Assembly: GCA_965248265.1 (NCBI GenBank)
Contig: CBDFJF010000001.1
Location: 2,176,001-2,240,000 of the forward strand
From: Candidatus Latescibacterota bacterium
GTDB taxonomy: Bacteria > Latescibacterota > UBA2968 > UBA8231
Direction: 5' to 3'
Length of the DNA stretch: 64,000 bases
Shown here: piece after piece, positions 40,334-50,762 of the stretch
How positions within the stretch are numbered: the first letter of the stretch is position 1
How the letters are laid out: the number at the start of each line of letters is the position of its first letter
Position numbers and translations under genes: made by a program
The notes under the pieces: model-generated
Databases searched by the model: none
Told to the model about the DNA's origin: nothing
Seen by the model: only the letters and a program-made list of their open reading frames with translations

Positions 40334-42852
40334 CGTTCGACATGACGACGCCCCAGGATCCACAGCCTGGCTGGTCGGTCAGCCCTCGCTTGGCCATCGC
40401 CGTCCTGCTCCTGCTGTCGACGGCGGCGCTGGCAGCGCGCGTCATGCCCATCTGGTCCCAGATTTTCCCCGCACCGGGGCACGTCCGCCTTCTGGGTGTG
40501 GACCCGTATTACCACCTTCGGCACGCCCGCTTCGTTGCCGACAACATCCCGCACCTGCAGCGCTGGGACGTCGGCACACACTACCCGGACGGGCAGTGGT
40601 CTGACGCTGCGGGTCTGTTCGATCTCGCGATGGGCTCCGCCGCGTGGTTGATCGGCCTGGGCGACCCCACGAACGACCTCGTCGACCGCGTGGTCGCCTG
40701 GACGCCGCCGCTACTTGCCGCGCTGTCGATCTGGCTGTTGTACCTGCTTGCCCGCACAATGCTCGATCGGCGGACGGCTCTGCTAGCCGCCGCGATCTTT
40801 TTGATCTACCCGGGCTCTTCGTTACATCGGTCTCTACTCGGTTTTGCCGATCACCACGTCGCCGAAATCGTCCTGGCCCTGCTGACCGCCTGGGGGTTGA
40901 TGCGCTGTCTGCAGACTGGCGAATCCTCAAAGCCGGTGCCGCCATGGTGGCGACCGGCGTGCGAGTACGCCTGGCCTTTGGCCATCTTCCTGTTTACGTG
41001 GGTCGGCGCGCCGATATACGTGTTGCTCGTGTTTGTGGTGCTGCTAATCGTCGCCACAGTGGAGATCGCCCACGGCGGAGATTCCAACGCTGCGGCACAC
41101 GGCGGACTGCGCTACGGCAGTGCCCTGCTGCTTATGGTAGGGGTGTCCTCCGTCCTGTGGCCGGACCTGGTGATGTCCCCGAAACGTTTCTCCCCCGCGC
41201 TGCTGGGATGCGCGGCAGTGGCACTCGTACCGGCCGCTTACGTGTTCGCCGCACGCCGGCTCCTGCGCCGGCTGAATCGACCACGCCTCATCGCCTTCTT
41301 CGCGGCGGCTGTCGTCGTCGTTCTCGCTGCCCTCTTCATGGCGCACGCGGACCAGGCCCGCCATCTCGCCGCGCTGCTGCTGACGCCCAAACGCTCGGCA
41401 CTTACCGAGCACCTCGTCATCGACTGGCGCCTTTACGGAAAGCTGCTGGGAGCACCGGGGCTCCTGGCCCTGGCTGCCTTGCCCCTGGGACTGTGGCGGG
41501 CTGTTCGGCGTCCCGGCGACCGCTTCTGCCTGGTACCGCTCCTCTTCGGGGTGCTGCTCATAGGGCTCTGGCTCAGAACGCACGATTATGACTATGCCCC
41601 TCCTGTTTTCGTAGCCCTGATGGCCGCTTTCGTGACGGCGGAGGTGGCCGGCCGCATCCCGGCGCGGCACGTCGCGTGGATGCGCTGGGTGGGTTCCACG
41701 ACGCTCGCGGCGCTCTTGCTGTGCCCGATCTGGCCGTTACGGCTGGTGGCGATGCCCATGGCAACGGCCCGGATGGCCACCAACCACTCAATGACCACGC
41801 AGGCCTGGGAGCAGGCCATGACGTGGATGCGTCAAAACACACCGAAGCCTTCGCTACCGGTCGATACCCGGGTGGAGCCGTTTGGAGCCGGATTCGACTA
41901 CCCGCCTGGCACCTACGGGGTCTTCACTGCCTGGGATTTTGGCAACATCGTGAACACCTTGGGAGAACGGGTACCGGTGTGGAGCCGGTGGCCGTCCGCT
42001 CGCACAGCCATGTGGATTGTGAGCGAGGACGAGGAGGAATCGCTCGGCTTGTTGTGCCCTGGCTGCGAGGAAGGCGAGGAGGTCCGCTATGTCGTTCTGG
42101 AGGCCCGCACCATCGCCCAGCATTTCCTGGGCAAGGTCCTGGCAGCCGGCCGTCAGCTCAGGGACTATGACACTGGGAGAGAGAACTGGCAGTCACTCGA
42201 AGAGGACGAGAAGATCCTGAATCGCACATACGGTCACAAGTACGAGCGGTCGATGGCGGTCCGTCTGTTCCGGGATGACGCCCGCCACCTCGGACACTAC
42301 CGGCTCGTGTACGAGTCTCCCCGCGAGAGCTACATTACGTACCAGCTGAAGTTGGGGACCAACACCCTCAGGCGGCTCGCCTACGATATCAAATCCGACA
42401 GGCAGCGCGAGGTCGTCACCGGTCGCGCCCGAACAGGACAGGTGACCCGCTTCGGAAACCACTATCAGTACGATGGCATCGTGACGCCTTCGGTCAAGAT
42501 CTTCGAGGTCGTACAGGGCGCGCGCCTGACGGGTGAGGCACGCGCCGGAACGGCAGTGGAGGCTCGCCTGGAACTGCGCTGCGGGTCCGGCGGACGCAGG
42601 GTGGATTACGTCAGATCCGTCGTAGCCGGATCAGACGGCCACTTCGACCTCGTGGTCGCGCACTCCTCCGAACCGGTGACAGACAACGCGACCTGCGAGG
42701 CCATCGGACCCTATTCCCTGTTCGTACGCAACACCCTTGAGAGTGAGATGGTGCCGGCAGGAACCGTCGCCATCTCGGTTCGGCAGGTCCGCGATGGTGC
42801 CCACGTCGATTTAGGTAGATTTTTGGAAGAATGGAAGAGACCCCCGAAATAG
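40330..42852 (+). CDS. STT3-family oligosaccharyltransferase, archaeal AglB-like
   Basis: About 13 hydrophobic segments; DPYYHLR, GFADHHVAE, WMRQNTP, YGVFTAWDFGN (WWDYG variant), LGHYRLVYES, VKIFEVVQGA. Confidence 0.85.
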   Translation: MTFDMTTPQDPQPGWSVSPRLAIAVLLLLSTAALAARVMPIWSQIFPAPGHVRLLGVDPYYHLRHARFVADNIPHLQRWDVGTHYPDGQWSDAAGLFDLAMGSAAWLIGLGDPTNDLVDRVVAWTPPLLAALSIWLLYLLARTMLDRRTALLAAAIFLIYPGSSLHRSLLGFADHHVAEIVLALLTAWGLMRCLQTGESSKPVPPWWRPACEYAWPLAIFLFTWVGAPIYVLLVFVVLLIVATVEIAHGGDSNAAAHGGLRYGSALLLMVGVSSVLWPDLVMSPKRFSPALLGCAAVALVPAAYVFAARRLLRRLNRPRLIAFFAAAVVVVLAALFMAHADQARHLAALLLTPKRSALTEHLVIDWRLYGKLLGAPGLLALAALPLGLWRAVRRPGDRFCLVPLLFGVLLIGLWLRTHDYDYAPPVFVALMAAFVTAEVAGRIPARHVAWMRWVGSTTLAALLLCPIWPLRLVAMPMATARMATNHSMTTQAWEQAMTWMRQNTPKPSLPVDTRVEPFGAGFDYPPGTYGVFTAWDFGNIVNTLGERVPVWSRWPSARTAMWIVSEDEEESLGLLCPGCEEGEEVRYVVLEARTIAQHFLGKVLAAGRQLRDYDTGRENWQSLEEDEKILNRTYGHKYERSMAVRLFRDDARHLGHYRLVYESPRESYITYQLKLGTNTLRRLAYDIKSDRQREVVTGRARTGQVTRFGNHYQYDGIVTPSVKIFEVVQGARLTGEARAGTAVEARLELRCGSGGRRVDYVRSVVAGSDGHFDLVVAHSSEPVTDNATCEAIGPYSLFVRNTLESEMVPAGTVAISVRQVRDGAHVDLGRFLEEWKRPPK

Positions 42853-42874
42853 CAATTGGCAAGGGAATGGTGAG

Positions 42875-44683
42875 ATGCTAACGCATCTCAAGAAATGCGC
42901 CGCGATGGTGCCCCGCGAGATGCGGCTCCAATGGGGGTCGGTGGTCCCGTTGATTTTGCTGACGGCGGCTACCGAGTCTGCTGGCGCAGCGGTCGTCTAT
43001 GCGCTGGTGAAGATTGTCGCGGACCCGTCCCGCGTGGCTGAAATTCCGGTAGCTGCGACCATCGCCGCGTGGCTGCCGTGGCAGGACCGGGCGTCGGTCG
43101 TCGCTGCATTCGCGACCGTGGCTGCGTTGTTCTACGTAACGAAGAACGCGGTCCTGATCTGGGTGGGCACCACGCGTACCAGAATTGAGGTCAAATCGGT
43201 GGCCTTGCTGGCCAGCCGCATGTTCAGAGGGTACCTGATGACACCGTACCCCTTCCACTTCCGTCGCAACTCCGCCGACCTGATCCGCCAGACCAATCAG
43301 TCGGTGAATATGATGTTCAGCGTGCTCTCGTCCAGCGCCACAGTGGCCTCCGAAATGCTCGTCACTCTGGGGTTCGTCGTAGTTCTGATGTTTGCGGCCC
43401 CGGGAAACACGCTCATCGCCGGCGCACTCCTGGCAGGGTTGCTGGCCCTTTTGCTCAAACTCGTACGGCACCGCACGATCCAGCTGGGCACGCGGGGGCA
43501 TCACCTTCGTATGGCCCTCGTGCAGAGCGTCCAGCAAGGACTGGGTGCCATCAAGGAAATCAAAGTACTCGGCCGCGAGCGGCACTTTGACGACGCGCAT
43601 GCGAACGGCCAGGCGGAGCTCTCACATGTACTGGTGTCGAGGGCGCGGCTGGATGCCATGCCGCGCCTGGTAACCGAATCCGCCTTCGCCGTTGGTGCAT
43701 TGATCGTGGTCGTGCTGATGACCTGGAACGGCGGCCCCGCGTCGGACGTCACCCCTCTGTTAGGCTTGTACGGCTATGCCGCGCTGCGGTTGCTGCCGTC
43801 CGCCAACCGCATGCAGTGGTTGCTTAACGAGATCCGCTACCACAGCACTGTCGTGGACCAGTTGTACGCAGACTTCCTGTTCGTCAACCGCCAACCAAAC
43901 GTGGATCGCGATGCTCCCCCGGAGGGCGACCCGGGGTTCAGCGCACTGGTGCTCGATCGGGTTGGCTACGTATACGATGGCACCGAGACGCGGGTTTTGG
44001 ATGATGTCCACCTCACCATCCCGGCCGGCGAGTCAATCGGCGTGGTCGGCCCGACGGGCGCTGGCAAGAGCACCCTCGTCGACGTGATCGTCGGCCTGTT
44101 GAGTCCATCTACCGGACGAATCACTGTCGATGGCGTCGATCTTTCTCGGCGGTTGTCGTGGTGGCAGCGACGAATCGGCTATGTGCCGCAAGAAACCTAT
44201 CTCGTCGATGACAGTCTCCGCCACAACATCGCTCTGGGCATTTCCGATGAAGAGGTAGACGACGACAGTATCCGTGCCGCTGCTCGGATGGCGCAGCTGG
44301 ACGAGTTCGTGGCCTCGCTGCCCGAAGGATTGGGTACCTTCGTCGGGGAGCGCGGCATCAGACTCTCCGGCGGGCAGCGGCAGCGCGTAGGGATTGCCCG
44401 CGCACTCTATCATCAGCCAGATGTGCTGATCTTCGACGAAGCCACCTCGTCGTTGGACAACGCCACGGAGGCCGAGGTCACGAAGGCCATTGAAGCGCTG
44501 TACGGCGTGAAGACGTTGGTGGTGATCGCACATCGTCTGACCACGGTTCAGCGTTGCGACCGGTTGGTGCTTCTCGAAGGCGGACGCGTCGCCGCGAGCG
44601 GCACGTTTGATGAACTCATGCACAGTTGCGCCGCGTTCCGCCGCCTTGCCGTGCCCGACGAGCAGTCTCAACATCCTGCTTGA
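42875..44683 (+). CDS. ABC transporter permease/ATPase, PglK/WlaB-like lipid-linked glycan flippase
   Basis: PYPFHFRRNSADL, GAIKEIK, RLLPSANR, GPTGAGKST, LSGGQRQR, FDEATSSLD. Confidence 0.85.
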   Translation: MLTHLKKCAAMVPREMRLQWGSVVPLILLTAATESAGAAVVYALVKIVADPSRVAEIPVAATIAAWLPWQDRASVVAAFATVAALFYVTKNAVLIWVGTTRTRIEVKSVALLASRMFRGYLMTPYPFHFRRNSADLIRQTNQSVNMMFSVLSSSATVASEMLVTLGFVVVLMFAAPGNTLIAGALLAGLLALLLKLVRHRTIQLGTRGHHLRMALVQSVQQGLGAIKEIKVLGRERHFDDAHANGQAELSHVLVSRARLDAMPRLVTESAFAVGALIVVVLMTWNGGPASDVTPLLGLYGYAALRLLPSANRMQWLLNEIRYHSTVVDQLYADFLFVNRQPNVDRDAPPEGDPGFSALVLDRVGYVYDGTETRVLDDVHLTIPAGESIGVVGPTGAGKSTLVDVIVGLLSPSTGRITVDGVDLSRRLSWWQRRIGYVPQETYLVDDSLRHNIALGISDEEVDDDSIRAAARMAQLDEFVASLPEGLGTFVGERGIRLSGGQRQRVGIARALYHQPDVLIFDEATSSLDNATEAEVTKAIEALYGVKTLVVIAHRLTTVQRCDRLVLLEGGRVAASGTFDELMHSCAAFRRLAVPDEQSQHPA

Positions 44684-44758
44684 CTAACCTCACCTACCTC
44701 TGCGAGGTACGGTGATCTAGGAGAGAGCGAGGAAGATGAATACTATCTTGCGGACTAA

Positions 44759-45658
44759 TTGACACTGCCACTCGAACCCATGCTGCGGAAGCTCAGAGCT
44801 GCCGTCGGTTACGGAGCGCCTCTCTTGCGGGCGCGACGATCCGGAACACGTCGTGTTGGCGTGATGACCTGCACCCTCGACGAAGCGGCGTGCGCGGCCT
44901 TCACCGTAGGGGCGTTCGCCGATCTCGTCGACACCTACGTGCTCATCGACACGGGGTCGACCGATGGGACCCTGCCGTTGATCGAGAACATGTATGCTCA
45001 GCAGATTTCCGATGGCCGGCTGATCGTTGAGCAACTCGGGCGCCTTCCGGACTTCAGCATGGCGCAGGCGCGGGCGCGGGCGCTGGAGATTCTCCGTGCC
45101 CAGGAGATTGACTACTTCCTCAAGATTGACGCCGACGAAGTGTTCTACGACGCCGGCGCACACAGACTCGTGCAGATTGCCCGCCGGCTTCCGTCACCCG
45201 TCACCTACGTATCATGCTCGCTCCGGGAGCTCTACCAGTGGGAGCTGCAAACCACGAGCGATTGGCTACAGGCGCTCGACGAGCAACGCGATGTCTTCTG
45301 GGAGATGTCGTTCGTTCCCCACAAAGATCTTGTCTTCCGCGTGACGGGAGCGTACACTCACGGCCGGTGGACGGACGAAGCCCAGGGCCTCCCCGCAGAG
45401 GGCATCGCCCATCACGGCCCCATGGTTCGAGAGCGGGCAATAGGGGTCCTGGCCGCGCACTACGGCTGGGCGCGCCCCGTCGAGTGCAAGCGCGCCAAGA
45501 GCCTCGCTTGGCATGGCGATCCCGCGGCAGATCCCCGCGTCGATCGCCTCCACCACCTCACCGACGATCGGCGGCGACCCCGCCGTCGGTTTCGCCGCCA
45601 CCCGGAGGTTATTCGCAGAAAGCTGGGTGCGGTGCGGGAATGGCTTCACGCCCGCTGA
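44759..45658 (+). CDS. Glycosyltransferase family 2-like protein
   Basis: IDTGSTDGT, KIDADE, HYGWA; start uncertain. Confidence 0.75.
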   Translation: MTLPLEPMLRKLRAAVGYGAPLLRARRSGTRRVGVMTCTLDEAACAAFTVGAFADLVDTYVLIDTGSTDGTLPLIENMYAQQISDGRLIVEQLGRLPDFSMAQARARALEILRAQEIDYFLKIDADEVFYDAGAHRLVQIARRLPSPVTYVSCSLRELYQWELQTTSDWLQALDEQRDVFWEMSFVPHKDLVFRVTGAYTHGRWTDEAQGLPAEGIAHHGPMVRERAIGVLAAHYGWARPVECKRAKSLAWHGDPAADPRVDRLHHLTDDRRRPRRRFRRHPEVIRRKLGAVREWLHAR

Positions 45659-45674
45659 CCAAATGAGTGATTCT

Positions 45675-46000
45675 TCAACGCAACAGCGATATCATCTGCT
45701 CCACTGCTTCCGGCTCAAGATCTAATGTTCGGGAAATTTCGCGGCTGGGTGTATCGTGCTCCATATAGTACAGACAGAGAAGCCAATTACGCACTGCAGC
45801 AGGTTGCTTCGAAAACACGGTCCCGGTCAAGTCATCGAACGAGCGCACACAGTTGTGGCAGTAGTAACGGCGCAGATGCGGTAGAGCATCATCCGAGCCA
45901 CTCTGGCTAAACTCGTCGCCGCCACATTCCGGACAGAATATGCCCTTATCCCATCGGACACGGCGAAGCGTTTCAAAACAGCTGGCGTCGTCCGCGAGGT
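45675..46000 (-). mobile_element. IS1595-family transposase N-terminal zinc-ribbon/HTH remnant
   Basis: DDASCFETLRRVRWDKGIFCPECG...RYYCHNC...FDDLTGTVF...WLLCLYYM...SREISRTL; no DDE domain. Confidence 0.7.
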
Positions 46001-46841
46001 CGCCGGTCTCGAGTTTTCCTGAAAATGCGACGCTCGGCGTTGGCAAGACCCTGGCGATTTCTTTTTCAATGCCATTCAATTGCCACGCAGCATCGGAAAA
46101 GGAGCTGCCGAAACTGCCGATCACTTTGCGACATCTCGACAGGCAGTACAGATCAACCACAGCGTCTTAAATCGCTATCGGATCATTCCGATCGTAGGAT
46201 CTCTTCCGGTGTGTGCTTATTCGCTTAGGAAAGGCCTCTCGCAGCCGTTTCTCCTCCGCTGCAGAGTCGGAGGCGACATAAAATACAGTATCGCTATTCG
46301 CTCCTATTTCCTCTTCCATCAAACGAATGAATTCCTCGGTCGGGCTATATCTAATTGGCCACTCCCCATCCGCGCGCCTCAAGTGAACTCCAACCATTTG
46401 ACCAGATTCACCGAACCGAGAATCGATGAGCCGCTGAAGCGGCTGAATCGGCACGAAATCGCCGAAGCGAGAGGTTCCTTCGTGAAATCGTTTGCAGGCG
46501 ATGATATCGGTTTTCTTGCCTCTGACTATGCCCTCGAGATCACAGCCTCGCTCATGTAAATCCTGCATGTTGGCATCTGTCAAATGCAGGTTGAAAAACA
46601 TTCGGAATACTAGGCGAATCAGCCGCAGAACGATTTTACCCGTAAGACTATTTCCGTTAACGTGGTATAGCCTTTTGACACTGGCAGGCAAAATGAAGAG
46701 GTCGTCAAACCTGCAATTCAATTCTGGACTTAGATACCAGACGACGTACAGCTCTTCTTGTGTTGCCTTGCAGAGAGAGATAGCGGAGTCCAAGCTCCGC
46801 ATGCGATTGCTCAAACCGGCCAGAGGTACGATCGCTATCAT
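45675..46841 (-). pseudogene. Fucosyltransferase-like glycosyltransferase interrupted by an in-frame TAA, with an IS1595-like zinc-ribbon at the C-terminus
   Basis: AGLSNRMR, GVHLRRAD, FYVASD, then ...DPIAI*DAVVDLYCLSRC...GSFGSSFS in one frame; TAA at 46167-46169. Confidence 0.75.
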
Positions 46842-46852
46842 CGCAGACCCAT

Positions 46853-47806
46853 CTAGAGCCGCGGCAACCGTCTGCGCACTTCACTCACGACGACCCTGCC
46901 CAATCGTTTCGCCGTGGACCCTATCTGATACGTTATAAACTCTCGAGCCTTCGCCCCCGCGCGCGACCCGATTGGCCTTTGAGTCCTCGCGAGGACCTCC
47001 TCAATAGCATTGAGAATTCGATCTGGATGATTCGCTTGAGGGGCGTGACCCTGGGGATAGCAGGGCTGCTGCAGATAGTCCATGTATTTACTGTCGTCAC
47101 TATCAACGTCGATCACGTGCTGAACCAAATCCTCCATCGAAGAAAAATCGTGGAAATTGATGAATCGGCGCGTATTGAAATCGCGACCCACCCAGTCGTT
47201 CCCCCAATAGATTGGTAGAGACTCGGCTAACAGGGCATCTGTGAGTTTTTCGGTCGTGTAACCACGGTAGGAAACATTCTCGAAAGAGATAACGAATTTG
47301 CACTCCCGGTAGAACTCAAGCTTGTCTTCGACACGCCCCCCTACGTTATTGAATAGCTTTCCACCAGCGCGAACGGGCCTGTAACTCGACAACATCCTGA
47401 ACAACTGATTTCTCTGATCACACCGGTGATTCGAGTACAGGAAAGCGCAGAAGTGTTTCTTTTGATCGAGAATTCGATGCGGATCTTGCGGGGGGTCGCC
47501 TTCGAGTGACTCGATGGCGCCCAGTGCGTAGAGAGGGAGACGGTACTGTCGGTCCTCATACGGCATGTGGTCGAAAGAAAATGCGAAGTCGCACTCTTGG
47601 AAACGAGGGGGCCGTGCTTCTCCGGTATAGAAAATTCGCGAGCAGCTGAATCGTGTGAATCTGTGGCCAAACGTTGCGTAAATCAACAGCTCGGGCCGCG
47701 GACTCACTTCAACTTCGAACCTCCGGCGAAGCAGTCGCGAAAAGTAATTGTCCTCGACGTCAAAGCCGGGCCAAAAATCAGAGTAGTTTACTAAGAGTCT
47801 GCGCAT
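46853..47806 (-). CDS. Glycosyltransferase family 10 (alpha-1,3-fucosyltransferase-like)
   Basis: RIFYTGE, YRLPLY, KKHFCAFLYSN, KFVISFEN, GYTTEKL, PIYWG, FINFHDF. Confidence 0.92.
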   Translation of the reverse strand: MRRLLVNYSDFWPGFDVEDNYFSRLLRRRFEVEVSPRPELLIYATFGHRFTRFSCSRIFYTGEARPPRFQECDFAFSFDHMPYEDRQYRLPLYALGAIESLEGDPPQDPHRILDQKKHFCAFLYSNHRCDQRNQLFRMLSSYRPVRAGGKLFNNVGGRVEDKLEFYRECKFVISFENVSYRGYTTEKLTDALLAESLPIYWGNDWVGRDFNTRRFINFHDFSSMEDLVQHVIDVDSDDSKYMDYLQQPCYPQGHAPQANHPDRILNAIEEVLARTQRPIGSRAGAKAREFITYQIGSTAKRLGRVVVSEVRRRLPRL

Positions 47807-47833
47807 ATAGGGTGGGCACTGGGAGACAATCAC

Positions 47834-47905
47834 ATGACGTTCTATAGTCAGTCCGGTCAAGATCGGTTTCTTGATTCGAAAATCTTCCACAAACTCTCCG
47901 GACGC
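47834..47905 (+). pseudogene. Truncated 5' remnant of an FkbM-type methyltransferase
   Basis: GGAG RBS then MTFYSQSGQDRFLDSKIF, the typical YSQxGQD FkbM start; similarity lost after ~22 aa. Confidence 0.5.
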
Positions 47906-48130
47906 CGCAGACGGTCAACCCTCGAAACCTGCAAACGGTTCACGTGCGGGTGTGTGGGTGGGGCTGCAGGAAATATCCGCTCGCGCGAGGGGAACAAAAT
48001 CACGCATCCTCAAAGCGCTCGGCAATCGCTCCCCGTCTGTCACGCTCCTCCCTCCCTCGCAAGTTAACCACGGGCAACTGTCAGGCGGAATCGAGCTTGT
48101 CGGGGTGCAGGCCATTCGCCTCACAGCCGC

Positions 48131-48919
48131 TCAACCCAGGTACCGACGAAGGCCTTTGAGACTTCTCAGCTTTTCACCAAAACTATCTCTTCTTGCTATG
48201 ACGACCGAACCTCTCTTGCGCCCCGTCTCATCCGCGGAGGGCTGGCTAGGAAAGAAGACCTGTAAATCCTGTTTCTCTAGAAAGGCACCAATGTGATCCA
48301 GAGTCAAGCTCAAACCCGATGCATAATGATCATAACCATATCCCTCGTCACCGGGTACTCGGAAATCGTCAACCATAATCGCAAATTCTTTCACACTACC
48401 TGATATCAACTCTATCTCTCCAAGCAGCGGAGAATCATCGTACGAGTGTGCATCCAGATAGAAGAAAACAGCCTTTGCACCAATGACATCTCGTTGGAGT
48501 ACACGGCGCAGAAACTCTCGAGAGTCATGGTTGTACAGGGCGACATTCTCCATATCGCTAAGGTGCATCTTCGCGATCTTATGAAATCGAGCTTGAATCT
48601 CCGCAGAATAGACGGGGAGCCCCGTGCGGTGCGCCATGAAACCAGTTGTACTGCCAATCCAAGTACCGGTTTCAACGATAACCCTGAAGGGTAGCGATTG
48701 CATCAACTCAAAGAAAATCCCCTTGCGCCCATTCTGGCCATTGAACGCAAGCTCACTTTCCGGGTCGAACCTCGGATGCTCGATCAAGATATCCACGACG
48801 AAATCCAGCTCTTCCACCCGCCTCTCAAGGCCACCGATGCGTTGATTGATCTTGTGAAAATACCTTCTTACACATTTTGGCGTCAGGGCTCTTAACGCTT
48901 GTTTCACAACATTTGGCAT
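48131..48919 (-). CDS. Class I SAM-methyltransferase-like protein of glycan loci
   Basis: IVETGTWIGSTT, YSAEI, FYLDAH, MVDDFRVP. Confidence 0.7.
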   Translation of the reverse strand: MPNVVKQALRALTPKCVRRYFHKINQRIGGLERRVEELDFVVDILIEHPRFDPESELAFNGQNGRKGIFFELMQSLPFRVIVETGTWIGSTTGFMAHRTGLPVYSAEIQARFHKIAKMHLSDMENVALYNHDSREFLRRVLQRDVIGAKAVFFYLDAHSYDDSPLLGEIELISGSVKEFAIMVDDFRVPGDEGYGYDHYASGLSLTLDHIGAFLEKQDLQVFFPSQPSADETGRKRGSVVIARRDSFGEKLRSLKGLRRYLG

Positions 48920-49013
48920 TTGTCGGATTCCTATATATACAAGATCACGGTCGGATGTCCATGGAGGGTCATGGCCGGCTTCTCTGGGTGGCCGACATTG
49001 TTCTCCACGACGT

Positions 49014-49763
49014 TCAATGCGGGGATTCCAAGAGGCGGCGAAACGATTCACGGATAAATCTGGCGGTACGCCTGACCTTCACTCTTAGAGTAAAGCGATG
49101 AAAGAACACATCACCCAAGAAGGACTCGATGATGTTGCTCCACGACTGACGATCGGACATCCCTCCGGCTCTCATGACAACGGTGACTTCATCAGAGAGG
49201 TGATATCGTGCCTTGGGATAATGTTGGATTCCAAACAATGCATCGGAAATGATCCGAAAGCGCTCGTTGTAGAGCCCGACTCGATCGTAAAACGCTCGTC
49301 TGATGAACGTTCCCGGATGGGGGAAGTTGTAGTGCCGTTGCTCAGAAATGTACCTCGGCACCCATGTGTGACCTGCACCGATCTCAGGCGTCTCGATCCT
49401 GATCGCGGTCGCGATCAAGTCGTACCCGGGGCGCGTGATTCTTGCCACGTGATACAACACGGACGCGTCGGCGTAGCGATCGTCAGAGTTGAGGATGTGG
49501 ATCCACTCACCCGATGCCAGGGCAATCCCCTTGTTCATCGCGTGATACGCCCCTCGATCTGGCTCGGAGATCCACTTCATTCTGCCCTCGAATCGGGGTC
49601 CGTGTTGTCTCAGTATTTCTACCGTTTGGTCGGCTGAATCACCATCGACGACGAGGTATTCATAGTCATCGAATTCCTGATCGAGGACGGATTCCAGTGT
49701 GTCGCGGATCGTGTCAGCACTGTTCATCGATACAGTGATTATGGTGAAGAGCGGCTGGCTCAT
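49014..49763 (-). CDS. Glycosyltransferase family 2 (WcaE-like)
   Basis: FTIITVSMN, VDGDSADQT, SEPDRGAYHAMNKGI, LNSDD, HPGTF. Confidence 0.9.
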   Translation of the reverse strand: MSQPLFTIITVSMNSADTIRDTLESVLDQEFDDYEYLVVDGDSADQTVEILRQHGPRFEGRMKWISEPDRGAYHAMNKGIALASGEWIHILNSDDRYADASVLYHVARITRPGYDLIATAIRIETPEIGAGHTWVPRYISEQRHYNFPHPGTFIRRAFYDRVGLYNERFRIISDALFGIQHYPKARYHLSDEVTVVMRAGGMSDRQSWSNIIESFLGDVFFHRFTLRVKVRRTARFIRESFRRLLESPH

Positions 49764-49964
49764 CTCACTGCCGTCGTGCCGGGATGGGTCGGGCCTCGTG
49801 GGAGCTGCTGCACTCGAGGCAAGGGGTTTACTGTTTGTGGGCCCCAGCAGCAAAATAGGCCGGTCGGCGTTGAGCAGACCTCTCTCAACCAGTCTGAAAA
49901 ACTCTGCGTTCTCCCCATCCAATCACCACCTGAGACAAGAGGTCACGCCACTCGCCGGCTTTCG

Positions 49965-50762
49965 TCATCTCGATTTCACGAACACGAAGTTAGCACCGTA
50001 ACGATCCACCTCGGTGAATCCACGAGCCTTGATCAGCTCTCCGAGGGCCGGCACATCGTATCGGGTTGCCCTGAACGTCGTGGGGTGCAACTCGATGATC
50101 ATCCAGCTGCAAAGCGCTAGACTGTCCTCGTCCGCCAGAAAGAGCCCGGCCTCGGCGCCTTCGATGTCCGATACAAGACAGAACTCACCGAAGTCGTACC
50201 GCTCGAGCAAGCTCTTCAGGGTAACGCACCGCACCTCGTCCGAATCACTGTCAGGCTGATCGGGCGAAGCCAGCCGACCTCCCAGATGATAGGCATTCTT
50301 GACAAACCGCACCCGCTGATCGATGACTTGGTCGTACGCAATCGCTGCGTTCACCACGTCCACGTGCCCTCCGCAATTTTCAGCGGCGGTTCGTTCGAGT
50401 AGCCTGAAGAGGTCCTGATCCGCCTCGACGCTAATCACTCTCCGCGCGTTCCTACACACCTGAGTCGTGATCACTCCGATGCCGGCGCCGAGCTCGATCA
50501 CGTTCGCCTCAGAAGGAAGGTAGCGCCGCACGAAAGTCGCTTCAGCGCGCTCGTAAAGGCGAAAGAAAATTGAAGCCTTCGTCCCCGGAGACATCCTCGC
50601 GTGCCCAACGTCTATGGCACATCCGTAGAATGGAATCCGGTCCCCGAAGAGCCGACCGACCAGGCGCCCGACCCACGGCAACGTCAGGCATGTCGTGACG
50701 ATCTTCTTGAGCCTCGGGGGCACGAACCTCCGCACCCAGTTTCCCACGATCACGCGTCTCAT
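49965..50762 (-). CDS. FkbM family methyltransferase
   Basis: YERAE, VIELGAGIG, SDIEGAE, IIELHP. Confidence 0.85.
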   Translation of the reverse strand: MRRVIVGNWVRRFVPPRLKKIVTTCLTLPWVGRLVGRLFGDRIPFYGCAIDVGHARMSPGTKASIFFRLYERAEATFVRRYLPSEANVIELGAGIGVITTQVCRNARRVISVEADQDLFRLLERTAAENCGGHVDVVNAAIAYDQVIDQRVRFVKNAYHLGGRLASPDQPDSDSDEVRCVTLKSLLERYDFGEFCLVSDIEGAEAGLFLADEDSLALCSWMIIELHPTTFRATRYDVPALGELIKARGFTEVDRYGANFVFVKSR

